A stretch of DNA of 64,000 nt from positions 16,988,001 to 17,052,000 of the forward strand of contig JAQFVV010000003.1 of assembly GCA_028023455.1 (NCBI GenBank), in the 5' to 3' direction. The stretch is from Epiperipatus broadwayi (Eukaryota; Animalia; Onychophora). Below, one piece after another: positions 28,413 through 40,759 of this stretch. Both the position numbers and the translations under genes were made by a program. The notes beneath the pieces were generated by a model, which was not told where the DNA came from, ran no database searches, and saw only the letters and a program-made list of their open reading frames with translations. Each line of letters starts with the position of its first letter. Positions within the stretch are counted from its first letter, which is position 1.

Positions 28413-29211
28413 GTAATTGTCATATTTAATAAAGTTAGCATTGTGAGAAATAGATAATGTCATATCTGCAAAAGCATAAATTATTAGGTGTTAGTTATGA
28501 TCTAATAATAAAGATTGTGATTAGCACTCAGGTAGAATCATCATCCCTAATAAATTAATTAAAGCCATCATCATATTATACTTGATTGATTTTGGGGAAG
28601 ACAAATTTATGAATTAACTGTGAATTATATATTTTTAGAATTCATTTAGGCTTAAGATGATGTGATTAAAAAGATCTGATAAATATGACAACTTCAATTG
28701 CAGTGATCTTTTAAGTATACATTGGCTATAATTTTTTGTGCAATTTATTGGACATTGCAAATATATCTCATACTGTTACATTTGTCATGCAGTATGGTTG
28801 TTTCTGAGATCATGCAACTCAGTTATTTATTCAGTAACAACTACTGCACAATGTAAAATAAGTAAAAAATTGGAATAATTTTTCTATGTTCATAAATCTC
28901 TAATGTTTCTCAATCTTAAATAGTCCTTACTTCCATAGTATTTACCATATTAAGGTTTAGATAGAAATATTGATTTTTTAAAAGATACCACCATCCACAC
29001 TATTAAAAAATGTCTGGTATTCGTTGTGCTATTATGGATGCAAAAATATAATAAATCTGTGACATCAACATCAAAATGGACAAATGAATTATTGTCCCAA
29101 ATAAATTTGGCAATTGTCTTGGATTAAGTATTCAGTATATAAATTATAAACCTACAATGATACATACAAATTTGGATATATGATAAATATAGCTATAAAA
29201 TTAGTAAACTT

Positions 29212-29312
29212 TTCTTTGTTGAGGGAGAGAGAAGCACCCACGCAACAAGAAGGAGGGGGGTGGTGGGGGGGGGGGGGGGGTGGCCGCGCCGGGTGAGGCG
29301 CTTTGGGAAAAA
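29212..29312 (+). other. GC-rich ~100-bp insertion with A-tail between 15-bp direct repeats
   Basis: aaaattagtaaactt at 29197-29211 and 29313-29327; the interior is G-rich and ends in an A run. Confidence 0.55.
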
Positions 29313-29535
29313 AAAATTAGTAAACTTAAATTATTCTTAAATAAGTACATAAATATATCTATTGCAATGGATCAGCTCAGGTAGTGATTAAATTTATTAT
29401 TTTTGTGCACTACAAATGAAGTTATAATAACCTCAAGCCACATCATAATAGACTCATGAACTTATAAGACTCCAATGAGCCTATTGCTGATAAGTATTTT
29501 ATTTGGTGAATAAATAATTCAATAAGTAAATGATT

Positions 29536-29762
29536 TATTATCTACTGAATGTGTAATTTTGAATATGTGAATCAATGCCTTCTCAGTGATGATCACAATC
29601 TAGATTCTGGATGAGTAGAGACTAGATAGGAGTTTTAATTTCATAAACCTAGAATCCATTGATTATCATGGCTTGCATTGGATGACCCTACTGTATGAAG
29701 AGAGGTGCTACTGTTTTAACAACTTATATAAACATAAAAAATAGTGATTGTATAATGTTTTA
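29536..29762 (+). mobile_element. Degenerate single-arm copy of HH-A family
   Basis: ttctca-gtgatga...tggatgagtagagactagatagg...atccattgatt...ctactgtatg, colinear with the 1895-2078 arm. Confidence 0.6.
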
Positions 29763-30049
29763 GTGCCGTATGCCAACTCAGCATAATAGTAATTAATAGA
29801 TGCCAGATGGTGTAATATTTTATCAAACTTAAAAATTTGAGTGTATGTTCAAATTTTATAGTTACATTTGCTAGTGACCATGTCTGAGTTAAAATAGGTT
29901 TTTCATTACTCAGATGTTTTTAAGTCAAAGAAGAACTTTTTAAAAAAAGTAAATCAATTTACACTATCTCTATGATCACATTTCTCTAATTTCTTTATCA
30001 TTATGCAATAATTCTTTTCTAAATTATCCTTCAAAATCACTATCACTTA

Positions 30050-31000
30050 ATCTCTAAGATTATTATACTGTATTTCAAACACACACCAGTGAAGCTATAT
30101 TTTAATTATGTTTTATTTTGTATTAGTGCTTCCAGGGCATATTTGCATCCATATTCATAGCCTGTGTCATTCTCAATTTTGTGTTATCATTAGTGTATGC
30201 AAATCTATACAAATTAATCAACCAGTCCATTTCTTGGAATTTGAGAAGCAGGAATCTCATCTATTAATGGCCTTTGGGTCGTTCACAATAAAATATGCCT
30301 ATTTTATTTTGCATTAAAACTTTATTTATTCTCATTCTTCTTTCATTATGATTACCATTTAATTCTTACAATATATTTCTTCTAATGTTTTTATAATCAG
30401 TATCATTTACTCTTTACCACTATATTTTCTCTAATTATTGTTCTACCATTAATCACTATTATTTAAATACTCCTATTATATATCTTTGGACTTTTGCTAA
30501 CTACAACTTTCATTTGATAATATCATCTCATTTTCTTTTATTTTTTACTTTCACTATATTGTCTCCACCACTACATTTAAAATTTTTTTTAGCCATGTTT
30601 TGAATTTAATCTATCATCATGTCTTTTTTAAGTCTTTTTCTATCACTAGCATCTTTATCATATAGTTTTTATATTTATTTTTTAATCATCAAAGCCATGT
30701 ATTATCAGATCCTGTAAATATTTTTCCTAATTTTTTTCTCCACTACATTTATTTTTTCATCTTAGCCATGACTTTTTTTTATAATTGCTGATCAACCATC
30801 ATTGCTACTTGACTTCTACTTTCATACCTCAATTTCCTTTTCTACCATTGCTACAATTAATATTTATTGTTATGTCTTCTAATTTTTTTTATTAGCCATT
30901 TCTATTACTTCAACTTATATATTTAGCATGTATAGTTTTTCTTTATTTTTATGCATCACTTTTAGCACAGCAGTGACATCTTTCTTCAACTCTAGATAAT
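30050..31000 (-). pseudogene. Highly degenerate LINE 3' region
   Basis: Purine-rich minus strand with a possible C..C......E..H...EC-like remnant, similar in character to the LINE tails at 39.9 and 46.2 kb. Confidence 0.25.
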
Positions 31001-31887
31001 TAGTGAGTTATTTCAATGGATATTATATATAATTACAGGTAGATTTCAACAACTTAAACTTATATTATCCATCTTCTTTTGGAAAAAAGCACATCATAAA
31101 AAAGTTATACTAAGATAAATCCCCCAATTCTGCTTGTATATGGTGAAAAATTCCAAGTTTAGTGGGAATAAAAGTATGTAATTTTCCATAAGAGGTAAAT
31201 AATGTCTGATGATAAGCTTTTTTGATTAAAAATCAGCATACTGATACAACTAAGATCTGCCTGACACCTTTACTCTATAAGTAATGATATATAGATATCA
31301 ATTTATTGACAAATATCATAATTAATTAGATTGGACATGAAGCTAATATCTTAAAAATATTCTAAGTGCCACTTGATTAGACTTTAATGCAGATTGTGAG
31401 CATATCAATCAGATTTACTAAACACTATGTTCCTTACACATAGGATCAATACTAATAAATAAATATTTTATCATCTTTTAGTGCATATACATATATAAAC
31501 TAATCATTATTCATTTACAGCTAACAGCAAATTTTAAAAAAAATATCAATTCACTGCTAGTTATAAATTAGCTTTTACAATGTATCTTATTAAAATTAGA
31601 ATAAGTTTTGTTTTGTTTAACAATATTATTTATTATTTATTTCATGATCCTTAATGGTGTGATGTGACAATTTAAGATTTATTATATAATTTAAATATAA
31701 AGATGATAAAACAAATTGTACTAAAAAGGTATCTTTAAAAATAAACAATTATCAATGAAATTAAGTGTTATCGCATGGATGTAACACCTGATTGTCTAAT
31801 CATTCACTCTGTTTTTAAATATAGATTTTAATTTTAATATGTTGTTATGATTGTTATTTAACCTTGGTGCTATAATTTATTTTTCAG

Positions 31888-31935
31888 TGTCTGAAACTGA
31901 ACCATGGTGTAGCAAAAGGACAGTTGAATGGCCAA
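31888..31935 (+). other. Candidate 48-nt internal exon
   Basis: Strong acceptor tttatttttcag and donor caa|gtgagt. Two open frames: CLKLNHGVAKGQLNGQ or SETEPWCSKRTVEWP. Product not recognised. Confidence 0.4.
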
Positions 31936-32832
31936 GTGAGTTGGAAATGTCAACTTCACATAGAGGTCACATGGCAAAGTAGAACTACTTCATTCAAAAA
32001 AAAAAACTGGTGGTAGCTGTACTATTATTATTATTGAATGTTTTTAATAGACTATGATTTAAAAGTTACACATATGCACATAATCACAAAAGAGTTGATG
32101 AATTTCAGAATTAAATAAAACCAAATAAAAAATTTATGAAAATCTTGCTATATTTACTGCAATATATTAAATCTATGTGGAATTTTTTTTGTTGTATTGT
32201 TTTACTATGCTGAAGTGTTTCATATTTTTCTTAATCCAAATAAAGATTCAATACACTGATAAAATTATTATGTTGGAGCAAATACCACTTACATAATTTT
32301 TAAATATAATGGGTTTGTGCAAAAAATGATCATATCTAAGAATATATATATATTGTGATAAATTTTGGTACTCTTAAATTGAAATACATAATTTTCAACT
32401 ATGTGTTTGTGCAACAAATGTTTCATGTGTGTATATTATGATTGATTTTAATATCCTTAAATTGAAATAATACAGAGAATTTCAAAAACTTTATTGACTT
32501 ATTAGTAATAAAATTATTAGTTACTAAAGCAATATTAACATTATAGATTTAGCTACCTTATAAAGCTAACTCCAAGATGTCTTGCCACATATTTTTTATA
32601 GCATTTTAAATACTTTTAAAAATCATGGTTTATATTTAATTATAAACAGACACCCACATGCATAAAATTAATTTTTAAAGTAGCAATACAATAATAAAAT
32701 ACATAATACTGTCAATATATGAATAAATTAATTAAAATAGTATCAGTAAAGCAATATTTATGTATTGTATACATAATATTAAACTACTTAGGAAAGTGAC
32801 AAATTTGTAGTGTAATAATCAAATGTTAAACA

Positions 32833-33042
32833 ACTAAACATCACATGATCACCAGTTCCTATGCTTACACAAGCTGTTAAAACAGATACAAAACTCTCTG
32901 CACAGAAGTCCTAAAACTAATCTGAGGATATTGGATGAGTAGGCACTAGATAAAGATTTTATGCACAAACCTTCTTGGATTCATTGATTACTCTGGCTGG
33001 CACTGGATGGCACTACTTTATGGAGACTTTTGTCTCTGTAAT
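32833..33042. mobile_element. Short foldback copy of HH-A family
   Basis: An antisense arm (aaacatcacatgatcacc...atgcttacacaagctg) followed by a sense arm (tctgaggatattggatgagtaggcactagat...ttatggagacttttg). Confidence 0.7.
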
Positions 33043-33962
33043 AATTAAATGTGTATGTGCATGTACAAATATTTATATTTTTTTGATTTAGTTTAAATTT
33101 AAAGGAGTACTATCTTAAAAGGTTTAAGTAAATTAATTATTTTAATAAAATATCAATTTCAATTATTGTGAAAACAGTAAATAAGACAAATTGATTTATT
33201 TTAGCATCTGCAATATAAATATTTATGCAAACATTTCGATTTGTATATTTAAAATGAAATTTAAAAATTTTATTGAAATGAAAAATTTTAAAAATTTCTT
33301 TGAAATATTATCATTTGTTTAAGCTATTTTGGTGCTTTTTTTTTCATATTTCATAGCACCAGCCAGGATGTGAATCCACAACCGTCTGCAACCAACTACT
33401 TGCTTGCAAAGCTCAGCTAACAACGCTTGACTGCTATTTTGGTACTTTAATGCATCAAAGGCCATTTTTACACTTATTACAGTTGAGTTAAAAGTTGTGG
33501 AACAAACACCTGCAGTTGTTGTTAAGACAAGTTTAAAACTAATGAAAATTGTCTTTGTAAATACATTTTTTAAAGGAATAGTAAGATTAGCAACTTTCAA
33601 GCCCCAGGAAATTGACTGCTTCATACCTTCATAAATGAGGTAAACAACTTGTGATTTGAGTGAATGTTTTAAAAACATACTATTAATAGATTTTATTTAA
33701 AAAACAAAATTTCACCACCATATATTGTCCTACAAAAAATAATTTTCTGTCTTCTCTGATTTACAATTAAAATTGCCTGAGGATTTTGAACATGCTAAAA
33801 TAAAAATAATTGGAACTTTTAAAAATGTAAACTTTAGGGTTGTAAGGGATATTTGTTTTAGTTATCATTATATATAGTTGATTATTAAATAAAAGTTCTT
33901 ATAAACAGAAACTATGAGTAAGTAAGGATTATAAAAGTAATATAATTTAAATTTGATTACTA

Positions 33963-35274
33963 TGTTAGCAATGAAACTGGGGGCAATGTATTTTGGAAAC
34001 AGATTGTTAATTAATTAATAGTAATTATTATTATCCATAATTAAAATATAATGTTATATTTCATATGTTTTAGTATCTGAATTTTATCCTACACTATTAT
34101 CATTAAATGCTATATGATGTCTGTAGTATATTATGTTTATATAATTAAAATATTTTATAAGAATTAACTTATCAATATAGGTATATTAAGGATCATATGA
34201 AGAATATTTTGTATAATTAATTGTCTGTGGCTATAAGACTTACATAAATAATATTGTTGTTTAGTAATGAAAGCTCTTATTAATAAACATTATAGTCTTT
34301 TATTTCCAATTGTTAAACTTAGATAAGCATTTAAATTAAACTAGGCAAGATAATGCCAGATCTATAGAGGATTATATTTTGTCAGAATAAATGTTTTACA
34401 TTTTACAGAATTACTAAGTTTATATCAGTAAGATACCTAGAGGAAAGATAGATAAAACTATTTTATATACAGATCAAAGAAAATATTATTTCCCTTTGTT
34501 TATTAATAATTTATTAATACTTAAGTTTCTTTTATCCCTTATTTAACAATCTTTTTCAATAATGTATTTTATCCCTGCATCATGTAAAGATACACTCAAT
34601 AATTTATTTAATAAGAAAATAGGGATCAAACTTTCCTAATTAACATCATTAGAAATTATTTATCTTGAGTGTTATTATTATTACTAGATTTATATTATAT
34701 TTTTTGTTCATTAATAAACTGATTTTTATTTTTTGTTACCTTACCTGATTTTTGTCCTTTATTTATTTTGACATTCATCATCATCTAATTAATAAATAAA
34801 TATGATCACATGATCGTATTATTATTTGTTTATTTAAAGGAACACTATTTTAGTAGTAACATTGTTTATATTTATTGCTAACAGTCACGCACAACCTAAA
34901 TATTAATGCTCAGTAAATTAAATATGATTTAAATATAATAAAATATCCTTTCTTATTTAGCCATATGAATAATAAAGACGTATAGTTAATGATTAAGATT
35001 TAAAAGTCTTATTTATAATACTTAACATTTTAAACCCTGAGATAACTTTAGATTTGGTTAAAGTGAATATGATAGCCAAACACAAGTATTATTAGACATT
35101 TATTTTTTATTTACAAATAAGCAGTTATACATTAAGTTCATAATGAGTCGGATAAATTATTGTTATTATTATTTATTCATTTACATTTTATAGTGCTCTG
35201 TAAATATTTAATATTCTGCATACATTAAAAAGTCTCATTATAGTGGCTGTCCATTACAATTTGGTGCTACAACA
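33963..35274 (+). mobile_element. Possible 5' LTR plus primer-binding site
   Basis: Ends ...ttaca|atttggtgctacaac (LTR end + TGG PBS), resembling the PBS-like site at 15442. The TGTTAGCA start is a guess. Confidence 0.3.
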
Positions 35275-36290
35275 TTATGACAATTGCACGTTAATAAGCT
35301 AGAGTATGACACAATTATGATTTAGATCTAATTTCTTGATCAGAGGACAAACTTAATGTCTGGCCCAATAATAATTAGCTTGAGAACAGCTTGTCAGTTA
35401 CATTTTGACAATAATATAAATTTTTTAAAATTATAATTTATTTTACAATGTGTTGCTAAATCAAGTATTAAAAATATAAAATTTTACATGTACTTTAATT
35501 TAGTTAAAATTTTGCATATTCAGGTGTGCCCTTAGATGATGATGATTTTATAATCTTTATAATAATAATTGAACTTGAATTGAAGTATTACCTTAGAGTT
35601 TTAGAAATTGCAGTATAAAGTATTTAGCATTTAATATGGAAAAATTCTGCAGAAATTGTTAATAAGTTAAATAATATCAAAGTGAATGGAAATGAAATGT
35701 TAGCATCATTTGATATGAAAAAGATATATCAAACTGTGCTTAGAAAGGATAGTATTGATATTGTTACAGAGGAATTAAAAATAAGTAATATGTCATCAGA
35801 AAAATGGATATATACTATTTAAGAAGCACTATTAATAATAGATGAGACATTATATTTTAAATATAGAAAAAATTTTGAAATAAAGGCAAATGATGGATAA
35901 TAGAATGTTCAATTAGTGGAATTTTACATCAGTAGTAGTAATTGGTATTAAGGAGAGTATAATTAATAGAGTTATAATAATGAGATTAAAAATATTACAG
36001 ATATGTGGATGGTATTATTGTAGGAAATAGTAGAAGTATTAATAAAGTTTTTAATGACTTAAATAAAAATAATAATATTACATTTATAATGGAGAAAAAA
36101 GTAAATGGCCTAAAGTATTTAGATATATTTTTAAGAAGAAGGATTATGAATGAGATAGTTGTTGAACATTATACTAAATTGATAAAAAATCAAGTCAGAT
36201 GACCTAATTTTAATAAAGCTCCTATTTACAAATGTTATATATAGAGTAAGTTAAAAACAAACTCTTATGAAGCTTCAAAAATACCCTCAA

Positions 36291-36330
36291 CCTCAGACCG
36301 CGGTTTCTGCCTCTAGCGTCATCAGTGAGG
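36291..36330 (-). ncRNA. Hammerhead copy
   Basis: Exact reverse complement of the 37251-37290 motif. Confidence 0.85.
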
Positions 36331-36660
36331 TGCTAGGGAATAAAAATACTAGAACTAGTCCAGCATTTTATCAATGCCTAACTATTGAGAAGAAAATCTG
36401 AAACTTTCAGACATTTAAATGTCCAAAAATCCAGCTATCTAACTCAAATAGCAGTATGGGACTGAAACTAAGTTCAGATCCACCATATATTAATAGCTCT
36501 AGCAATATAAAATCGCCAAAGCATTAATAGCAAAAAACTAAAATTAAATTGATAAAAAATCAAGTCAGATGACCTAATTTTAATAAAGCTCCTATTTACA
36601 AATGTTATATATAGAGTAAGTTAAAAACAAACTCTTATGAAGCTTCAAAAATACCCTCAA

Positions 36661-36700
36661 CCTCAGACCGCGGTTTCTGCCTCTAGCGTCATCAGTGAGG
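36661..36700 (-). ncRNA. Hammerhead copy
   Basis: Exact reverse complement of the 37251-37290 motif. Confidence 0.85.
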
Positions 36701-36880
36701 TGCTAGGGAATAAAAATACTAGAACTAGTCCAGCATTTTATCAATGCCTAACTATTGAGAAGAAAATCTGAAACTTTCAGACATTTAAATGTCCAAAAAT
36801 CCAGCTATCTAACTCAAATAGCAGTATAGTTAGGCATTGATAAAATGCTGGACTAGTTCTAGTATTTTTATTCCCTAGCA

Positions 36881-36920
36881 CCTCACTGATGACGCTAGAG
36901 GCAGAAACCGCAGTCTGAGG
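36881..36920 (+). ncRNA. Hammerhead copy (ccgcag variant)
   Basis: Same motif 370 nt upstream of 37251, with one G>A change in stem III. Confidence 0.75.
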
Positions 36921-37250
36921 TTGAGGGTATTTTTGAAGCTTCATAAGAGTTCGTTTTTAACTTACTCTATATATAACATTTGTAAATAGGAGCTTTATTA
37001 AAATTAGGTCATCTGACTTGATTTTTTATCAATTTAATTTTAGTTTTTTGCTATTAATGCTTTGGCGATTTTATATTGCTAGAGCTATTAATATATGGTG
37101 GATCTGAACTTAGTTTCAGTCCCATACTGCTATTTGAGTTAGATAGCTGGATTTTTGGACATTTAAATGTCTGAAAGTTTCAGATTTTCTTCTCAATAGT
37201 TAGGCATTGATAAAATGCTGGACTAGTTCTAGTATTTTTATTCCCTAGCA

Positions 37251-37290
37251 CCTCACTGATGACGCTAGAGGCAGAAACCGCGGTCTGAGG
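37251..37290 (+). ncRNA. Minimal type-I hammerhead ribozyme
   Basis: cctca-CTGATGA-cgctagaggca-GAAA-ccgcg-GTC-tgagg: stem I (a)cctca/tgagg(t), short stem II, stem III with a palindromic CGCG loop, GUC cleavage triplet at 37283-37285. Confidence 0.85.
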
Positions 37291-38339
37291 TTGAGGGTAT
37301 TTTTGAAGCTTCATAAGAGTTTGTTTTTAACTTACTCTATATATAACATTATACTAAAGATGTCAAGACTAGAGGGTTGATTGATCCAAAGTCCTATCAG
37401 CAATGTTGCCAGAAAATGGGAGATTTAAAAGGATTTAAATTAAAGAATGATAGGATAACATTAGACAAAAATGAGGCATATAAACAAAAATTAAAGATGG
37501 AATATGATTATGTAAAAATAGGTTATAAAAGGAAAGCAATTTTAAAATATTTTGATAATAAAATAGAATAAATGAAAAGAATATGAATAAGTATAGAGAT
37601 AGCAAAGGGATTTCTATTTTATATTCAGAAAAGGTAAATTAAAGATTAATGAAAGAAAAATTGCCAAATAGTGTAACAATAGCTTGGAAAAATAATAAGT
37701 TTTAAGGTAAATAGTTAAATAATGCAAAAGAGTTAAATGATGTTAATATTATGGTGGGACTAGTATATAAACATTAGCTGTCAAAAGGCAATAAAAATAT
37801 CTAGGACAAACAGGAATAATGGCAATTGGGAGAGGTAAAGAACATGATTGAGCCATTAATAAAAAAGATATGAGGTCAGAACCATATTTAAATTATTTGG
37901 ATACAGGGCATAAAATAAACTGTGACAAAATATGTGTTATAATATATGTGAAGGATTGCCATAAGGAAATATATTATAAAATATTGTATATTCAAGAAAA
38001 CTTGGACAAATGTGTAAATATTATAAAAGGTCCAACAAAATTAAGAACAAAATGGGCTTTATTAAATAGTTGGAAAATGTAGAAAATGATTTGTAAATAA
38101 CATTTTTTAAAAATATAAAATATGTATTTAATGAAGGGGGGGGGGTTGGATTATAGGCAAAAAAATTTTAAATTTTGATTTATTTAATTGAATATTGTAA
38201 ATTGTATATACAGTATATATTAGATATAAAATATATTAAATTTATTTATTTATTTTATTAGAATATGTATAATTTAGAAAAAGGTGTAATTTAGTGTAAA
38301 TAATGTACAGTAAATGGACTAGATATAGTTGATCGGTTA

Positions 38340-40330
38340 TCTGAGTGGTGAAGTAGAAAAGGTGATAAATAGGATTTTAGGTGAGATTATTTAGAAGAAT
38401 AAAAGTAATAGAAAAATGAGAAATAATAAAAGTGTAAAAGAGAGAAGAAAAAGCACGCAGAGAATATAAATGTGCTATTAAAAACAAAGAAAGTGAAAAA
38501 TATGTTAATATTATCTGGGAAAAGTATTTAAAAAGAAAGTTGGCTAAAATAGATAATTATATAGAGAGAATGAAATTAAATAGTAAATTATTGGAGGATA
38601 TTAATAAAAATGGAGATGGGAGTAAAAAATTTGGGAAATATATTAAAAGAAGGAATGTAGTGGAGAGAGAGAAATAGTATTACTAGATTATAAGGAAGAA
38701 GAGTGTAGCTCTAGAGAAGAATTAGAGATAATTTTAAATAAGTAAGTAATCGATATAGAAAGGATGTTAGATATGAAGGACAGAGTGATAACAAACATAA
38801 AATCATACAGTAATGGAAATATTAGGTTTACAGAAAATAAATTGAATGAGGCAGGGAAGAAATTAAAAAGTGGAAAGGCAAGAGATTTAGATGGATGGGC
38901 AGTGGAAATGGTGATGAATTTAGGAAATAGGTCAAAATTAAATCTATTTTCATGTTTTAATAAAATGGCATAGAAGGGAGAATAATAATACAAGTGTAAG
39001 ACTATTATTTAGAGGAAAGGTAAGGGTCATAGAAAGTTAAACAATTAACATCAGTGTTTTATAAAGTTTTTGCATACTTGGTGACTGAAAGGGTTACAAG
39101 ATAGATGGAAGAAAGTAATATAGTGGGACAAATACAAAGAGGTTTTCAATGGAATAGGTGTATAGATGATAGTTTACACACAACTTATAGATATGAGTAA
39201 GAATATGTAGAATGGTATTTGTAAATATAGAGAAAGCATATGATAGAGTAAATAGAAATAGATTATGGATAAATTTAGTAAATTTGGGAATGAATGGAGC
39301 TTTAGTGGATATTATTAAGAGATTGTATAAAAATAATTACTATACATATCATTTAGAAAATATAAAATCAGTGAGAGTTAAAAGTGGGGTGGGACTAAGA
39401 CAATGATGCCCTATATCACTATTTTGTTTTTGTTAAATTTGAGAAAAATGGAGAGTAATAGAAAGATTAGGAAGAGATATAGAGATACCATCAATATATG
39501 GCAAGGGAGTGTATATATTATCAGGTCTTTTATTTACTGATGATATATTCTTGTACACAGAAAGTAGGAAAGATATGGAAGTTATTCTGGAGATGTGCAC
39601 AGATGAGGATTAAATTTAATGAAATTAAATCAAATATAATAATGATAAATTGCTCGGGGAAAGAGAAAACAAAGAATTTTTATTGGGGGATATAAAGTTA
39701 AATGTGGTGAATAAGTATAATTATTTGGGAATTGTCTTAAGTAGTCAGAGAAATTGTTTTGATGAATGGGAGAAAAAATTGATAAATGAAGCAAAAAAAA
39801 AAGAAATAGACTGACAAAGAAATTAACAATGTTTTCATATAATAAATATGATATATCAAGAATTATATGGGAGTGACAATATCAGGGTTAAGGCTTGAAC
39901 AGGATCATTAGCAACAAGGGAATATACACATAAATGGAAAAATATAGTCTGCAAGTTATGTAAAGAAGGTATAGAACACATTAGGCATCTGCTAATTGAA
40001 TGTAAATGCCTACAAGCAGAAAGGGTACAAATAATAAAGTTTGGGGAATATATATATAAACAAAATGATTATGCAGAAAATGAGTTCTTAGATTTTTATG
40101 CTAGGTTTGGGAAAAGTTAAGGAGAATTTATATATAAAGGCCATAGTGCTGACAAACATAATGTTGTGGAAACAAGATGGAGCAGGATAGAGAAGAATAT
40201 GTAAAAAACTTAGGGTGGGGAATTGAAAGGGAAGGTAAGGTGGCTAACAGGTTTCTCTTGGCATAGCGGCTGAGGGATTTCTGACTGTAAGAGAGGAGAA
40301 GCCACAGTGTATCACATAACATCTAAATTG
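38340..40330 (+). mobile_element. 5'-truncated non-LTR retrotransposon (LINE) copy A
   Basis: FTENKLNEAGKKLKSGKARDLDG, VNIEKAYDRVNR...GLRQ, and a C-terminal TGSLATR...C..C...HLLIEC motif. Many stops. Confidence 0.85.
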
Positions 40331-40759
40331 TATAGTATAATATCTTGAAAAGGTTTCAGTGGAGATAAAAGTGAATTTGATAAATGTTGTAATATAGTTA
40401 TTAATAGTTGTTTATTTCTATCTTATTTTGATTAATTATTTATTTATGTATTTATGACAACATTATGGACAAATAAATTGTATTGGATATTTGACCATTA
40501 TAGTAATTTAGTTATTACATATTGCCATTATAAAAGTTTTTTGAATCTTATTATACAAGATTTTAATATTGGGGGAATATGATTTAAGTACTATATCGAC
40601 ATTTTAACATTTAAAATTGAAAGATGTCGATTGTAACAAATTCCAAACAATATGGAATGTTCAGAGGAGAATTGAGGAATTAAAATATCAATTATCGTTT
40701 TTGAATTGATGTAATGATAATAGAATAATGTCTGTGTCATGTAAGTTTAAAATCAGTAA

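Larger units (their letters stand above)
36175..37350. mobile_element. Tandem + inverted insertion of a 370-bp hammerhead-bearing unit (family HH-B)
   Basis: Left arm 36175-36827 (period 370), right arm 36826-37350 inverted. The direct repeat aacattatactaaa lies at 36165-36178 and 37345-37358. The empty site is visible in copy B at ~42170. Confidence 0.95.
35630..38090 (+). mobile_element. Penelope-like element copy A (RT + GIY-YIG), decayed and interrupted
   Basis: KNSAEIVNKLN...LASFDMKKIY, YVDGII...ITFIMEKKVNGLKYLDI, and GLVYK...YLGQTG...RGKEH. Confidence 0.85.

Noticed and set aside
33319-33678. 119-aa minus-strand ORF as a gene
   Set aside because: No recognisable domain, and splice signals on both strands are ambiguous.
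36175-37350. Foldback inserts as amplification or sequencing chimeras
   Set aside because: Arms differ by point substitutions, TSDs are present, and uninterrupted paralogous sites exist in the same window. Raw-read confirmation is still advisable.
40594-40631. Hairpin upstream of Penelope copy B as a ribozyme
   Set aside because: A simple stem (atcgacat/atgtcgat) with no catalytic core.
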